A DNA stretch of 64,000 nt from Macrostomum hystrix (GCA_950097015.1 CATNEN010000038.1:8060001-8124000); one strand, 5' to 3'. Numbered from the stretch's first letter, positions 37,444-50,924 are shown. Notes: generated by a model from the letters alone, not told the origin. Numbers and translations are program-made.

Positions 37444-39459
37444 CTAAAGATTGTAGCCATCGTACTTGTGATTCTTCTCAGCGACAGACTGATAAAACTG
37501 GGCGTGAAACTCGTCCTTGATCCGGGTGTCAATCACCGCCCTCTGCTGGCCCATCCGGTCCATCCAGTCAAGCAGAGCCTGGAACCTGTCCCGCGGCAGC
37601 TCGAAGCCCAGCAGTTTTGTTGTGGCCGGCAGCCGCTCCAGCCAGGGCCAGATCATGAGGTCGGCCATCTGCACCTGGCTGCAGCCGCCGAAGAAGGCCG
37701 ACTCGCCAAGCTCCGCCTGAAGCTGCGACAGACCAGCTAGAAGCGACTCCCACTCGGCCTGGCATGGTGAGCAATGCGTTGAAAACTTGGGGTGTCTGGC
37801 AAACCTAGTGCAGTCTCTGGGGTGTCCGGCAAACCTAGTGCAGTCTCTGGGGTGTCTGGCAAACCTAGTGCAGTCTCTGGGGTGTCTGGCAAACCTAGTG
37901 CAGTCTCTGGGGTGTCTGGCAAATCTAATGCCGTCTCTGGGGTGTCTGGCAAATCTAATGCCGTCTCTGGGGTGTCTGGCAAATCTAATGCCATCTCTGG
38001 GGTGTCTGGCAAATCTAATGCCGTCTCTGGGGTGTCTGGCAAAACCTAGTACCGTCTCTGGGGTGTCTGGCGAATCTAATGCCATCTCTGGGGTGTCTGG
38101 CGAATCTAATGCCGTCTCTGGGGTGTCTGGCAAATCTAATGCCATCTCTGGGGTGTCTGGCAAATCTAATGCCGTCTCTGGGGTGTCTGGCAAAACCTAG
38201 TACCGTCTCTGGGGGTGTCTGGCGAATCTAATGCCGTCTCTGGGGTGTCTGGCAAATCTAATGCAGTCTCTGGGGTGTCTGGCGAATGTAGTGCAGTCTC
38301 TGGGGTATCTGGCAAACCTAGTGCAGTCTCTGTGGTGTCCGGCAAATCAAGTGCAGTCTCTGGGGTGTCTGGCAAAACCTAGTACCGCCTCTGGGGTGTC
38401 TGGAAAATCTAATGCAGTCTCTGGGGTGTCTGGCGAATCTAATGCCGTCTCTGGGGTGTCTGGCGAATCTAATGCCGTCTCTGGGGTGTCTGGCAAATCT
38501 AATGCCATCTCTGGGGTGTCTGGCAAATCTAATGCCGTCTCTGGGGTGTCTGGCAAAACCTAGTACCGTCTCTGGGGGTGTCTGGCAAATCTAATGCCGT
38601 CTCTGGGGTGTCTGGCAAATCTAATGCCGTCTCTGGGGTGTCTGGCGAATCTAATGCAGTCTCTGGGGTGTCTGGCGAATGTAGTGCAGTCTCTGTGGTG
38701 TCCGGCAAATCAAGTGCAGTCTCTGGGGTGTCTGGCAAATCTAATGCCGTCTCTGGGGTGTCTGGCAAAACCTAGTACCGTCTCTGGGGTGTCTGGAAAA
38801 TCTAATGCAGTCTCTGGGGTGTCTGGCGAATGTAGTGCAGTCTCTGGGGTGTCTGCCATACCTAGTGCCGTGTCTCTGGGGTGTCTGGCGAATCTAGTGC
38901 AGTCTCTGGGGTGTCTGTGAGAGTGGAGGATCTGTGATCCTAAATTTTGGAACTTATATATTATTTTGAGAGTCCGCAGACCTCATCCATAACTAGTGTC
39001 TGTGAAGGACGGCCTCACCTGCTGCTCGTCGCCACGGCGCTGGAGCCAGCGGTAGTATGGCGGAATGACCGAGTCTCCCATCCTGCCGATGGCCAGGCGA
39101 ATGCGAGCCCGCTGCCTCGCGTCGCTCGGATAGAGCCGAGGCGACTCCGGGTGAGCCTCCTCCAGGTAGTCGCAGGTGATAAGAGACTCCACCAGAGTCC
39201 AGCCGTCGGCTTCCTGCAGTGCAGGCACCTTGGCATTGGCTGACTTGGCCAGGAACCAGTCCGGCTTGCGGACCAGGTTCACGTTGACAATCTGGTGAGG
39301 CAGCTGCTTGTGCTGCAACACCAGCCGAGTGCGCTGGGCGTACGGACAGAAGCGCATTGAGTACAATGTGAGCACACCCGGCTTGAGCTCAGGCTCCGGC
39401 TCGCCAGCTTCCAGGTGCTTGCTGGATTCAGCAAGGATGTTCGCAGGACTCTGGCTCAT
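37444..39459 (-). CDS. GSTO1: Glutathione S-transferase omega (copy d), about 251 aa, 2 coding exons
   Basis: Exons 39459-39019 and 37758-37444 (GTGAGG...TGCCAG). Probable 5' UTR intron 39879-39467 (CAG|GTGAGT...TTTGCAG). Confidence 0.92.
37788..38917. repeat. 30-bp minisatellite (CTGGCAAATCTAATGCCGTCTCTGGGGTGT)n in GSTO-d intron
   Basis: About 37 copies. Confidence 0.95.
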
Positions 39460-39487
39460 CGCTAGGCTGCAAAGAGAAAAATATGGA

Positions 39488-39886
<399 letters not shown>

Positions 39887-39963
39887 TCAGAGAAATGACG
39901 AATCAGTGGCTGGGGTACTCAAGACTGCTTAAGTGTTCTGTGAGTTTTCAAAGCCCGTATCAG

Positions 39964-39976
39964 CTATTTATATAAA
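39964..39976 (-). promoter_or_regulatory. Candidate TATA box for GSTO-d
   Basis: Minus strand TTTATATAAATAG about 85 nt upstream of a strong GTGAGT donor, leaving room for a non-coding first exon of about 60 nt. Confidence 0.5.
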
Positions 39977-40509
39977 GAAAAAATACGCAGCATGGCTGTC
40001 TGAGGTGAGAGAAGAGTAAAGAGGTGAGATAAGAATGGGCAGGTAAGTTGAGGCAGTGCTTGGTTAAGCACCGCGATGGTCACAAACAGCAGATGTACAT
40101 TGAAATAAAAAGTGCACTTGGCTCCAAGCGACTGAGAAGAGATAAAATACGCGTCAGATACGTATTGCTGTCGTATTGTACGAGTACGTAGCAATAGAGT
40201 CTGCTGGAGGAATAAGGAATGAGAAATCAGAGATAAATGTAGAGAGATAAGAACAGGTGTGAGAGGAGAACAGGTGAGAGGTGAACAATTTGCTGTTTGG
40301 ACATTAGTTGCCTGCTGGGTGGGAAATATCCTGCTCAGAATGCAAATTATTTTTTGCCGAAATGGTATTTAAAGGCTGCAACAAGGTGCAATTTCTAGGG
40401 TAGCCTGCTGGTGTTCATACTGGTTGTTTGCTTAAGCGGGGGCATTCATTGACTGCTAGAGGTGAACATTAGTTCCTTGTTTATGGGTACATTATTTGTT
40501 TGCCTTCTG

Positions 40510-42440
40510 ATGGGACATTGGTTGCCAACTGAAGGGACATTGGTTGTCTACTGAGGGGATATTGGTTGCCAACTGAAGGGACATTGGTTGTCTACTGAGG
40601 GGATATTGGTTGCCTACTGAGGGGATATTGGTTGCCAACTGAAGGGATATTGGTTGCCAACTGAAGGGACATTGGTTGTCTACTGAGTGGATATTGGTTG
40701 CCAACTGAAGGGATATTGGTTGCCAACTGAAGGGACATTGGTTGTCTACTGAGTGGATATTGGTTGCCAACTGAAGGGATATTGGTTGCCAACTGAAGGG
40801 ACATTGGTTGTCTACTGAGTGGATATTGGTTGCCAACTGAAGGGATATTGGTTGCCTACTGAGGGGATATTGGTTGCCAACTGAAGGGATATTGGTTGCC
40901 AACTGAAGGGACATTGGTTGTCTACTGAGGGGATATTGGTTGCCTACTGAGGGGATATTGGTTGCCTACTGAGGGGATATTGGTTGCCTACTGAAGGGAC
41001 ATTGGTTGTCTACTGAGTGGATATTGGTTGCCAACTGAAGGGATATTGGTTGCCTACTGAGGGGATATTGGTTGCCTACTGAAGGGACATTGGTTGTCTA
41101 CTGAGGGGATATTGGTTGTCTACTGAGGGGATATTGGTTGCCAACTGAAGGGATATTGGTTGCCAACTGAAGGGACATTGGTTGCCAACGGAAGGGACAT
41201 TGGTTGTCTACTGAGGGGATATTGGTTGCCTACTGAGGGGACATTGGTTGCCAACGGAAGGGACATTGGTTGTCTACTGAGGGGATATTGGTTGCCTACT
41301 GAGGGGACATTGGTTGCCTACTGAGGGGATATTGGTTGTCTACTGAGGGGATATTGGTTGCCAACTGAAGGGATATTGGTTGCCAACTGAAGGGACATTG
41401 GTTGTCTACTGAGTGGATATTGGTTGCCAACTGAAGGGATATTGGTTGCCTACTGAGGGGACATTGGTTGCCTACTGAAGGGACATTGGTTGTCTACTGA
41501 GGGGATATTGGTTGTCTACTGAGGGGATATTGGTTGCCAACTGAAGGGATATTGGTTGCCAACTGAAGGGACATTGGTTGCCTACTGAAGGGACATTGGT
41601 TGTCTACTGAGGGGATATTGGTTGTCTACTGAGGGGATATTGGTTGCCTACTGAAGGGACATTGGTTGTCTACTGAGGGGATATTGGTTGTCTACTGAGG
41701 GGATATTGGTTGCCTACTGAGGGGACATTGGTTGCCAACGGAAGGGACATTGGTTGTCTACTGAGGGGATATTGGTTGCCTACTGAGGGGACATTGGTTG
41801 CCTACTGAGGGGATATTGGTTGTCTACTGAGGGGATATTGGTTGCCAACTGAAGGGATATTGGTTGCCAACTGAAGGGATATTGGTTGCCTACTGAAGGG
41901 ACATTGGTTGCCTACTGAGGGGATATTGGTTGCCAACTGAGGGGATATTGGTTGCCTACTGAGGGGATATTGGTTGCCTACTGAGGGGATATTGTTTGCC
42001 TACTGAGGGGACATTGGTTGCCGACTGAAGGGATATTGGTTGCCTACTGAAGGGACATTGGTTGCCTACTGAGGGGACATTGGTTGCCGACTGAAGGGAT
42101 ATTGGTTGCCTACTGAACGGACATTGGTTGCCTACTGAAGGGACATTGGTTGTCTACTGAGGGGATATTGGTTGTCTACTGAGGGGACATGGGTTGTCTA
42201 CTGAGGGGATATTGGTTGTCTACTGAGGGGATATTGGTTGCCAACTGAAGGGATATTGGTTGCCAACTGAAGGGATATTGGTTGCCTACTGAAGGGACAT
42301 TGGTTGCCTACTGAGGGGATATTGGTTGCCAACTGAGGGGATATTGGTTGCCTACTGAGGGGATATTGGTTGCCTACTGAGGGGATATTGTTTGCCTACT
42401 GAGGGGATATTGGTTGCCAACTGAGGGGACATTGGTTTTC
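40510..42440. repeat. 22-bp minisatellite (ATTGGTTGCCWACTGARGGGAY)n
   Basis: About 87 copies. Confidence 0.96.
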
Positions 42441-42934
42441 TGCTGTTGGGAGACTTTTTCATCTGCTGAGAGTTTTGCATGCAAGAGGGGATATTTTTTG
42501 GCCTCGCGTGGGTGGAGGCAATATAGCTAGTTAAAGCTATAAGTCGAACATGAGCCTAATTTATTGCCTTTAATATTTTTCCTTGAGCATAAGAAAATGT
42601 GCACACCAATAAACTGAGTGATTGTTATGTAAAAGAATTAATATCAATTTACTCATTCCATTCGTCAGTTTTGTTGCCAATTCGGATCAGTTTGAGAAGA
42701 GCAAAAATTAGGCTAAACACATTTTGAAAGGCTGAAAAAAGTTTGACAGAAATGACAAATTATGAAGAATAAAATATTCAATGAAAAGAGAGGAGCAAAA
42801 ACAAAAATTACAATCAAACCTTGGTTTGCTTAAAGAGGAACAAAGTAAAGCAAGCGCGTAAAAAATGATGAAAATCGTAACAAAAGTTGACAGTCTGAAG
42901 GTCAATTAAAGCATTAAAAAATCAAAACCTAAAA

Positions 42935-43480
42935 TCGTCCCAAATCCCCATTCAGAATCATCCCGAATCCCCATTCAGAATCTTCCCAAATCCACTTTCA
43001 GAATGATCCCAAATCCCCATTCAGAATAATCCCAAATCCCCATTCAGAATCATACCGAATCCCCATTTAGAATCTTCCCAAATCCACTTTTAGAATTTTC
43101 CCAAATCGACTTTTAGAATCTTCCCAAATCCCATTTCAGAATCATCCCTAATCCCCATTCAGAATCATCCCGAATTCCCATTCAGAATCTTCCCAAATCC
43201 CATTTCAGAATCATCCCAAATCCCCATTCAGAATAATCCCAAATCCCCATTCAGAATCTTCCTAAATCCACTTTTAGAATCTTCCCAAATACACTTTTAG
43301 AATCTTCCCAAATCCACTTTTAGAATCTTCGCAATTCCCATTACTGAATCTTCCTAAATCCACATTCAGAATCATCCCAAATGCCCTTTCAGAATAATCC
43401 CAAATCCCTATTCAGAATAATCCCAAATTCTCATTCAAAATCTTTCCAAATCCCCTTTTAGAATGGTTCAAATCCCCTTT
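42935..43480. repeat. Degenerate 22-bp minisatellite (CCCAAATCCCCATTCAGAATCA...)n
   Basis: Direct inspection. Confidence 0.88.
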
Positions 43481-44240
43481 AGGAATCCTCGAGCCTCTCA
43501 GAATCGACGGAGTTTCAGTTGCCAATATACGTCAATATTCCCGGATTCGAAGCAAATATAACAGTGATAAAAGTTCTGAAGTTGTTGAGTACGAAATGCT
43601 GCATAATTAACATGAAATTCATTGAAATCAAATCAATTTACTAAATGATTTCAATATCAACTTCTGCCATAAAAATTACACTTCAACACAAAACATCAAA
43701 AGCTAAAAATGATTGCACACAGGGTTTTCGTAAAAAATTATCGACAAAAATCACATCAACAAATCAGAATTTGTTTAACACGATCTATTCTGCTTTGTGT
43801 TTCTCAACCGGAATTGCACAATGTAAAATATTAATTTTCTATACAGCTAAGCTACGTTGATAAAAAATTGACTACTGACAAAGCAGAGAACTTGATTGGA
43901 AATTGAGCGCCTGTCATATTGCTATAGCAACGGAAGAAATTTTTCATTAGATAAGGCCACAACTTTTGCTTTCGTTTGGGTATTTTAATTTAATTTGATT
44001 TAAATTAAGATGGAGAGGAAGTCATAAGGGAGTGACGTAATTCTGGAAGTGATGTCATTATGGAAGTGACGTCATCGGGAATCGAAGTCATTTGGAAGTG
44101 ACGTCCTTGCGAAGAGACGTCATTGGAAGCGTTGTTTGGGTTTAAAAGCTCGTAGGAAAGTATCTGATTTAATGAAGGACGCAGAAACCATTGTTATTGG
44201 CCTATTCTAAGAAAGCGGACACCGACCTCGTTGCCGAGTG

Positions 44241-47200
44241 TCAAAGCAGCAGTCCCCACAACAGTCCCAGCACGCCCAGAATTAGGCAAGCCACCCTGTA
44301 CGCCAGGTAGAGGTGCCCAGCTGAGATGGCATAGCACAGGCAGATGTCGGGCCAGTTAAACTGCACCGGGCAGTGCCTGGTGGTGGAGAATTCTCCTGTT
44401 CGATAGAACTCATCCAGCTGGCTGTTCTTCTCCTGCCAGCGGCTGTATAGCCAGGCTAGCAGTTTGTCCGAGCTGCCCAGGGGAACAGCGTCCTTGGAGA
44501 CGCTGTAGACCTTCTGGTTGACGTGCACTGTGCTGGGCTGGCCCCAGCCTAGAATGATGTCGTCTAGGCCGTGCGGTTGGTTGTTCGAGTACCCCAAGGT
44601 CATGTCGATGATGTAGTCGAGGCCTGAAATATTCCGGTAATTTTTCAACATGGGTTGGATTGGGTTGCATTGAGCTGAAGCACAGAAGAACTGACTTGGT
44701 TCTGGCGGCAGCGGCTCCTGAAGAACTAACAAGAGAGGCTATTGAAGAACTGACGAGAGCTATTGAAGAACTGACGAGAGCTATTGAAGAACTGACGAGA
44801 GCTATTGAAGAACTGACGAGAGCTATTGAAGAACTGACGAAAGCTATTGAAGAACTGACGAGAGCTATTGAAGAACTGACGAGAGCTATTGAAGAACTGA
44901 CGAGAGCTATTGAAGAACTGACGAGAGCTATTGAAGAACTGACGAGAGCTATTGAAGAACTGACGAGAGCTATTGAAGAACTGACGAGAGCTATTGAAGA
45001 ACTGATGAGAACTCGGCTCTTCTTGAAGAACTGATGAGAACTGGGCTCTTCTTGAAGAACTGATGAGAGCTAGGCTCTTCTTGAAGAACTGATGAGAACT
45101 GGGCTCTTCTTGAAGAACTGATGAGAGCTGGGCTCTTCTTGAAGAACTGATGAGAGCTAGGCTCTTCTTGAAGAACTGATGAGAGCTAGGCTCTTCTTGA
45201 AGAACTGATGAGAGCTAGGCTCTTCTTGAAGAACTGATGAGAGCTGGGCTCTTCTTGAAGAACTGATGAGAGCTGGGCTCTTCTTGAAGAACTGACGAGA
45301 GCTATTGAAGAACTGATGAGAGCTAGGCTCTTCTTGAAGAACTGATGAGAACTGGGCTCTTCTTGAAGAACTGATGAGAGCTAGGCTCTTCTTGAAGAAC
45401 TGATGAGAGCTATTGAAGAACTGATGAGAGCTAGGCTCTTCTTGAAGAACTGATGAGAACTGGGCTCTTCTTGAAGAACTGATGAGAGCTGGGCTCTTCT
45501 TGAAGAACTGATGAGAGCTAGGCTCTTCTTGAAGAACTGATGAGAGCTAGGCTCTTCTTGAAGAACTGATGAGAGCTAGGCTCTTCTTGAAGAACTGATG
45601 AGAACTGGGCTCTTCTTGAAGAACTGATGAGAGCTAGGCTCTTCTTGAAGAACTGATGAGAGCTAGGCTCTTCTTGAAGAACTGATGAGAGCTAGGCTCT
45701 TCTTGAAGAACTGATGAGAGCTAGGCTCTTCTTGAAGAACTGATGAGAGCTAGGCTCTTCTTGAAGAACTGATGAGAGCTAGGCTCTTCTTGAAGAACTG
45801 ATGAGAGCTAGGCTCTTCTTGAAGAACTGATGAGAGCTAGGCTCTTCTTGAAGAACTGATGAGAGCTAGGCTCTTCTTGAAGAACTGATGAGAGCTAGGC
45901 TCTTCTTGAAGAACTGATGAGAACTGGGCTCTTCTTGAAGAACTGATGAGAGCTAGGCTCTTCTTGAAGAACTGACGAGAGCTAGGCTCTTCTTGAAGAA
46001 CTGATGAGAGCTAGGCTCTTCTTGAAGAACTGATGAGAGCTAGGCTCTTCTTGAAGAACTGATGAGAGCTAGGCTCTTCTTGAAGAACTGATGAGAGCTA
46101 GGCTCTTCTTGAAGAACTGATGAGAGCTAGGCTCTTCTTGAAGAACTGATGAGAGCTAGGCTCTTCTTGAAGAACTGATGAGAGCTAGGCTCTTCTTGAA
46201 GAACTGATGAGAGCTAGGCTCTTCTTGAAGAACTGACGAGAGCTAGGCTCTTCTTGAAGAACTGATGAGAGCTAGGCTCTTCTTGAAGAACTGATGAGAG
46301 CTAGGCTCTTCTTGAAGAACTGACGAGAGCTATTGAAGAACTGATGAGAGCTAGGCTCTTCTTGAAGAACTGACGAGAGCTAGGCTCTTCTTGAAGAACT
46401 GATGAGAGCTGGGCTCTTCTTGAAGAACTGACGAGAGCTAGGCTCTTCTTGAAGAACTGACGAGAGCTAGGCTCTTCTTGAAGAACTGACGAGAGCTAGG
46501 CTCTTCTTGAAGAACTGACGAGAGCTAGGCTCTTCTTGAAGAACTGATGAGAGCTAGGCTCTTCTTGAAGAACTGACGAGAGCTAGGCTCTTCTTGAAGA
46601 ACTGACGAGAGCTAGGCTCTTCTTGAAGAACTGATGAGAGCTAGGCTCTTCTTGAAGAACTGACGAGAGCTAGGCTCTTCTTGAAGAACTGATGAGAGCT
46701 AGGCTCTTCTTGAAGAACTGATGAGAGCTGGGCTCTTCTTGAAGAACTGATGAGAACTGGGCTCTTCTTGAAGAACTGATGAGAGCTGGGCTCTTCTTGA
46801 AGAACTGATGAGAGCTAGGCTCTTCTTGAAGAACTGATGAGAGCTAGGCTCTTCTTGAAGAACTGATGAGAGCTAGGCTCTTCTTGAAGAACTGACGAGA
46901 GCTGGGCTCCCGATCCAGAAAATCTGAAAGAGAAGTCCTGAACGGCAAACAGGCAGTGCAGCTCACCTCCCCCAGTCTCAGCAGCGGCCGTCTGCAATGC
47001 CTCTGCGAAGGCGTACGCGGCGCCAGCCCTGGGGTAGGTGACGTGCTGCAGCGGCGGCAGGCCCTGCTTCTCGGCGAAGCGGTTGCTGGCCGCGATGCGT
47101 TTGTAGTGAAAGCCGCCCTCTGGGAAGATCACGCACCACCGCCTTGGCAGCTGCAGGTAGGTCTCCGCTACGCTGCGAGAAAACTGCGCCAGGGTGCCCT

Positions 47201-47967
47201 GCCGGGTCTCTTTGCCCTGCCTGATGAAATGGTCCCTGTGCACCTGGCAAAGTCACAAAGCCATGAAGTCATGAAGTCGATGAGAAAGTCAGGGCAGATG
47301 TACACACCTGTGTGAGCGTTTGCCTGCGTACAGTATCTGTGTTGCATGAGTGCTCATTGCTCAGTGCATGAGTGTTGGTTAAAAATAATTCAGAGTGGTG
47401 AAAAAAATCTGCCCTTAAAAAGTTAGGAGATTTCGGATTTGTTAAAGAGTGTCTTTCGACTCGAAATTTTGTATTTGTGTCGTCCGACGCTTTGAAAATT
47501 GGAGTTTGTGAAACTGGTACATTCCAGCTAGGTAAGCCATTTACCTGAGACACCCAGCCGAATGGTGTCCACTTAAACAGCACATCCATGACCCACCAGA
47601 GACTGGCGATGGGGCTGGGCTGACTGCTCATCCACACATAGAACAGGGTCGGCACATCGGCCGTTGAAATATGATTGCAGATCACCAGGGTGCGGGCGGC
47701 GTAGACGGCCTGGGGTATGGCGTCACCATGGAGACAGACCCGATAGCCGGCCGTGTGAATCCAGGTGGCGACGTGGCCGAAGATCCTGTTGAACATGAAG
47801 CCCTCGATGCTCCAGTACAGGTCCGAGCGGTTGAACAGCCAGCAGAGCAGCGGTTTGAGTAGCAGGAGAAACACGCAGTGACAGGATGTGCTCAGGAGAA
47901 TGTCTATGGTAATCACAGCGCATCTGATGCCCCAACCAATGCGACTGAGGACTGACGATTGAGTCAT
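44241..47967 (-). CDS. LPGAT1: Acyl-CoA:lysophosphatidylglycerol acyltransferase 1, about 360 aa, 3 exons
   Basis: Exons 47967-47545, 47243-46967, 44623-44241 with in-frame GT-AG junctions. NHISTAD (HX4D), WVMDVLFKWTPFGWVS, FPEGG, PRAGA, IIDMTLGY, WLYSRWQEK. Confidence 0.9.
44720..46905. repeat. Composite 21-bp / 29-bp minisatellite in LPGAT1 intron 2
   Basis: 21-mer GAGAGCTATTGAAGAACTGAC (44720-45005) switches to 29-mer GAGAGCTAGGCTCTTCTTGAAGAACTGAT. Confidence 0.96.
47278..47355 (+). mobile_element. SINE family A internal fragment in LPGAT1 intron 1
   Basis: CGATGAGAAAGTCAGGGCAGATGTACACACCTG...GCCTGCGTACAGTAT matches 33179-33237. Confidence 0.7.
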
Positions 47968-48144
47968 GAATGCGGTTTCTGACTAGGTGGTGTGGCAGAT
48001 GTATTGCACCGGGGGTCAGCTGGGGCTCCGATCGCGAAACTGAAATTTTCATTGTTGCGAAAATGTGCTCATTAAACTGTGAATGACGCATTGCTCATAG
48101 AAGGACTCCTGCACGTTTCATTTTTGTACAGTGGATGACACGTG

Positions 48145-49105
48145 TCTACAGAATGACAGTTGCCCATAGAATGACACCTCATCATAAAATGCCACCTGAC
48201 CATAGAATGACACCTGACCATAGAATGACACTTGATCATAGAATGACGCCTGACCATAGAATGACAGTTGCCCATAGAATGACACCTCATCATAAAATGC
48301 CACCTGACCATAGAATGACACCTGACCATAGAATGACACTTGATCATAGAATGACGCCTGACCATAGAATGACACCTGATCATAGAATGACACCTGATCA
48401 TAGAATGACACCTGATCATAGAATGACACCTGATCATAGAATGACACCTGACCATAGAATGACACCTGATCATAGAATGACACCTGATCATAGAATGACA
48501 CCTGACCATAGAATGACACTTGATCATAGAATGACGCCTGACCATAGAATGACACCTGACCATAGAATGACACCTGATCATAGAATGACACCTGATCATA
48601 GAATGACACCTGATCATAGAATGACACCTGATCATAGAATGACACCTGATCATAGAATGACACCTGACCATAGAATGACACCTGATCATAGAATGACACC
48701 TGACCATAGAATGACACCTGATCATAGAATGACACCTGATCATAGAATGACACCTGACCATAGAATGACACCTGATCATAGAATGACACCTGATCATAGA
48801 ATGACACCTGATCATAGAATGACACCTGATCATAGAATGACACCTGATCATAGAATGACACCTGATCATAGAATGACACCTGATCATAGAATGACACCTG
48901 ATCATAGAATGACACCTGATCATAGAATGACACCTGATCATAGAATGACACCTGATCATAGAATGACACCTGATCATAGAATGACACCTGATCATAGAAT
49001 GACACCTGATCATAGAATGACACCGGACCATAGAATGACACCTGATCATAGAATGACACCTGATCATAGAATGACACCTGATCATAGAATGACACCTGAT
49101 CATAG
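48145..49105. repeat. 18-bp minisatellite (CATAGAATGACACCTGAT)n
   Basis: About 53 copies. Confidence 0.96.
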
Positions 49106-49452
49106 CTCCTGCATAAAAAATGACAACTGCTCATAAACAGCATGTACAGTGAAACTCATAGTCAACTCAACTCAACACAAGATGTACTGCCAAAGCATTC
49201 GAAGGCCTGTCCTCAGCAGTTCAGTCCATAGACTGGCTGGGGAACACCACCACACCCACCCGGATTGTCACCTGCAGCTAACGCAGGTATTTGGAAGCGT
49301 AAAAAAGTGTTGAATATTTAGAAAAAGACACACATTGTATATTACACTGAATGCCATAAAGGAACTGCTAACGCTAACGCTCAATTTTTGTACCATTTAA
49401 GATTGTAACTAATTCACGCATGAAACATTATAAAAGTACATTTCAGCTGAAG

Positions 49453-50487
49453 TCAACGCAGTTTAACCATCGCCTTGCACAGTACGGTCTCCGGGACACA
49501 GTCCAGCTGGTGACACAGCGCCGGCCACAGGACGCAGTCAACCGGAGCGCCGGGCAGCTCTGGCCCGATGATTGTCCGATGCAGGCGCGGATCGAATTTC
49601 AAGGACTCGGCGCCGATGAGCACAGCGGGCCCAGCGCCTGAGCAGCCGCAGACGGCTCGCCAGCTCCAGGAGGCGGCGGCGCTGAGAAAGCCGCGAGTCG
49701 ACACGCTCAGCGCCTCGTTCGCCGGCTGGCCGTCGGCCAGGAATCGTGACACGGCCTTCTCAGACACCAGGCTGCGCCAGGTGACACTGGCGGAGACCTC
49801 CTGGGAAGTTGCGCGGAGCAGGCGCTGAATCTCACGCCGAGTTGAATCTCTGACACGAGACACGCCGCAGCCAAGCAGCTCGCTAGTCAGGGAGTGCAAT
49901 TTAGTCTGCCACATCGCGACAGACGCTTGCAGCATCTCGGCAAGGATTTTGTGGGCAGAGGTGTATAGCTCCTCCGCATGGTAACCGGTTAGCAACAGCA
50001 GCTCGGGGACTGTTTCAGCCATGAAGGAGCTGCACAGCAGGCGATAATCCGCCACTATCTGGTCCAAGTCGCCAGTCTTCGCTGCCATCGGCCTGGCCTG
50101 CTGAGCCCGGAGCCGGTCGATGGCACCCAGCTGGTCCAGCTGGTCGCACACGGATTCGAACAGCAGGAACTGGACGCGCTCGTCCAGACAGTCGAAGTCG
50201 AGCTGCTTCAGCAGGCAGTACTTTGGCCGCTTGGCGCACAGCTGGTCGATCACCAGTCGAGTGTCCGCGTGGATTGTCGATCGGGGCGCTGACACGGCAG
50301 AGAAAGGCCGAGGACCCGCAGCCGTCGCCTGCCGCTCAATCATTGTGCTCCGCTCAGCCGCACGTGGGTGGCATCGCTTCGGTCGCAGAACAACTTCAAC
50401 GGTTTTGTCCTCGACTCGATGGCAAGGTTCAACAGTTGTCATGCTGGCGGCGGGTTTCATGACTGACTTTGACGACCTGTTGCCCAT
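49453..50487 (-). CDS. Intronless 344-aa protein with Mieap (SPATA18)-like C-terminal domain and N-myristoylation motif
   Basis: GC-rich ORF starting MGNRSS. The C-terminus W-R...P.VL...FDPRLHR...VLWPAL...VLCKAMV resembles the Mieap C-terminal pattern (recognised by eye, not by search). Confidence 0.65.
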   Translation of the reverse strand: MGNRSSKSVMKPAASMTTVEPCHRVEDKTVEVVLRPKRCHPRAAERSTMIERQATAAGPRPFSAVSAPRSTIHADTRLVIDQLCAKRPKYCLLKQLDFDCLDERVQFLLFESVCDQLDQLGAIDRLRAQQARPMAAKTGDLDQIVADYRLLCSSFMAETVPELLLLTGYHAEELYTSAHKILAEMLQASVAMWQTKLHSLTSELLGCGVSRVRDSTRREIQRLLRATSQEVSASVTWRSLVSEKAVSRFLADGQPANEALSVSTRGFLSAAASWSWRAVCGCSGAGPAVLIGAESLKFDPRLHRTIIGPELPGAPVDCVLWPALCHQLDCVPETVLCKAMVKLR

Positions 50488-50924
50488 TTCCCTAGTCCCT
50501 TACACGGTGAGCAATTATTCCATTAATGAAGAAATTTGAGCAGTTTATAAACACCTGCCGCACTGCCCTCAGATAGGCTGACTGACCCGGCCTTGGCTTA
50601 TCAGGACTCACTCTCTCACACCTACAAATCAGGCCCTTGCCATAAACGCCTACGATTGCTAAAATTTCACTCGCTTACAGTCACAGGAATTTCTGGCAGT
50701 AAAGCAAATATCTTACAACAAAAATAAATTAAATATTTGCGCTGCGAAATTATAGATATTTGCGCCTGAGCGCATCAGAAACGTTTCTTCAAGGTACAGG
50801 TCTAGTTCTTGTGACACAGTTTTGCGCACTGCGTCATGGTGTACAGACAGGGCCGGAAACTATACTATGCACTCAATCATCAAGCACCTTAGTGCGCACT
50901 TTGATACGTCAACTTAACGACGGT

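Noticed and set aside
44660-45034. AIEELTR heptad coiled-coil ORF
   Set aside because: A 21-bp intronic array antisense to LPGAT1. The heptad period is just the unit length.
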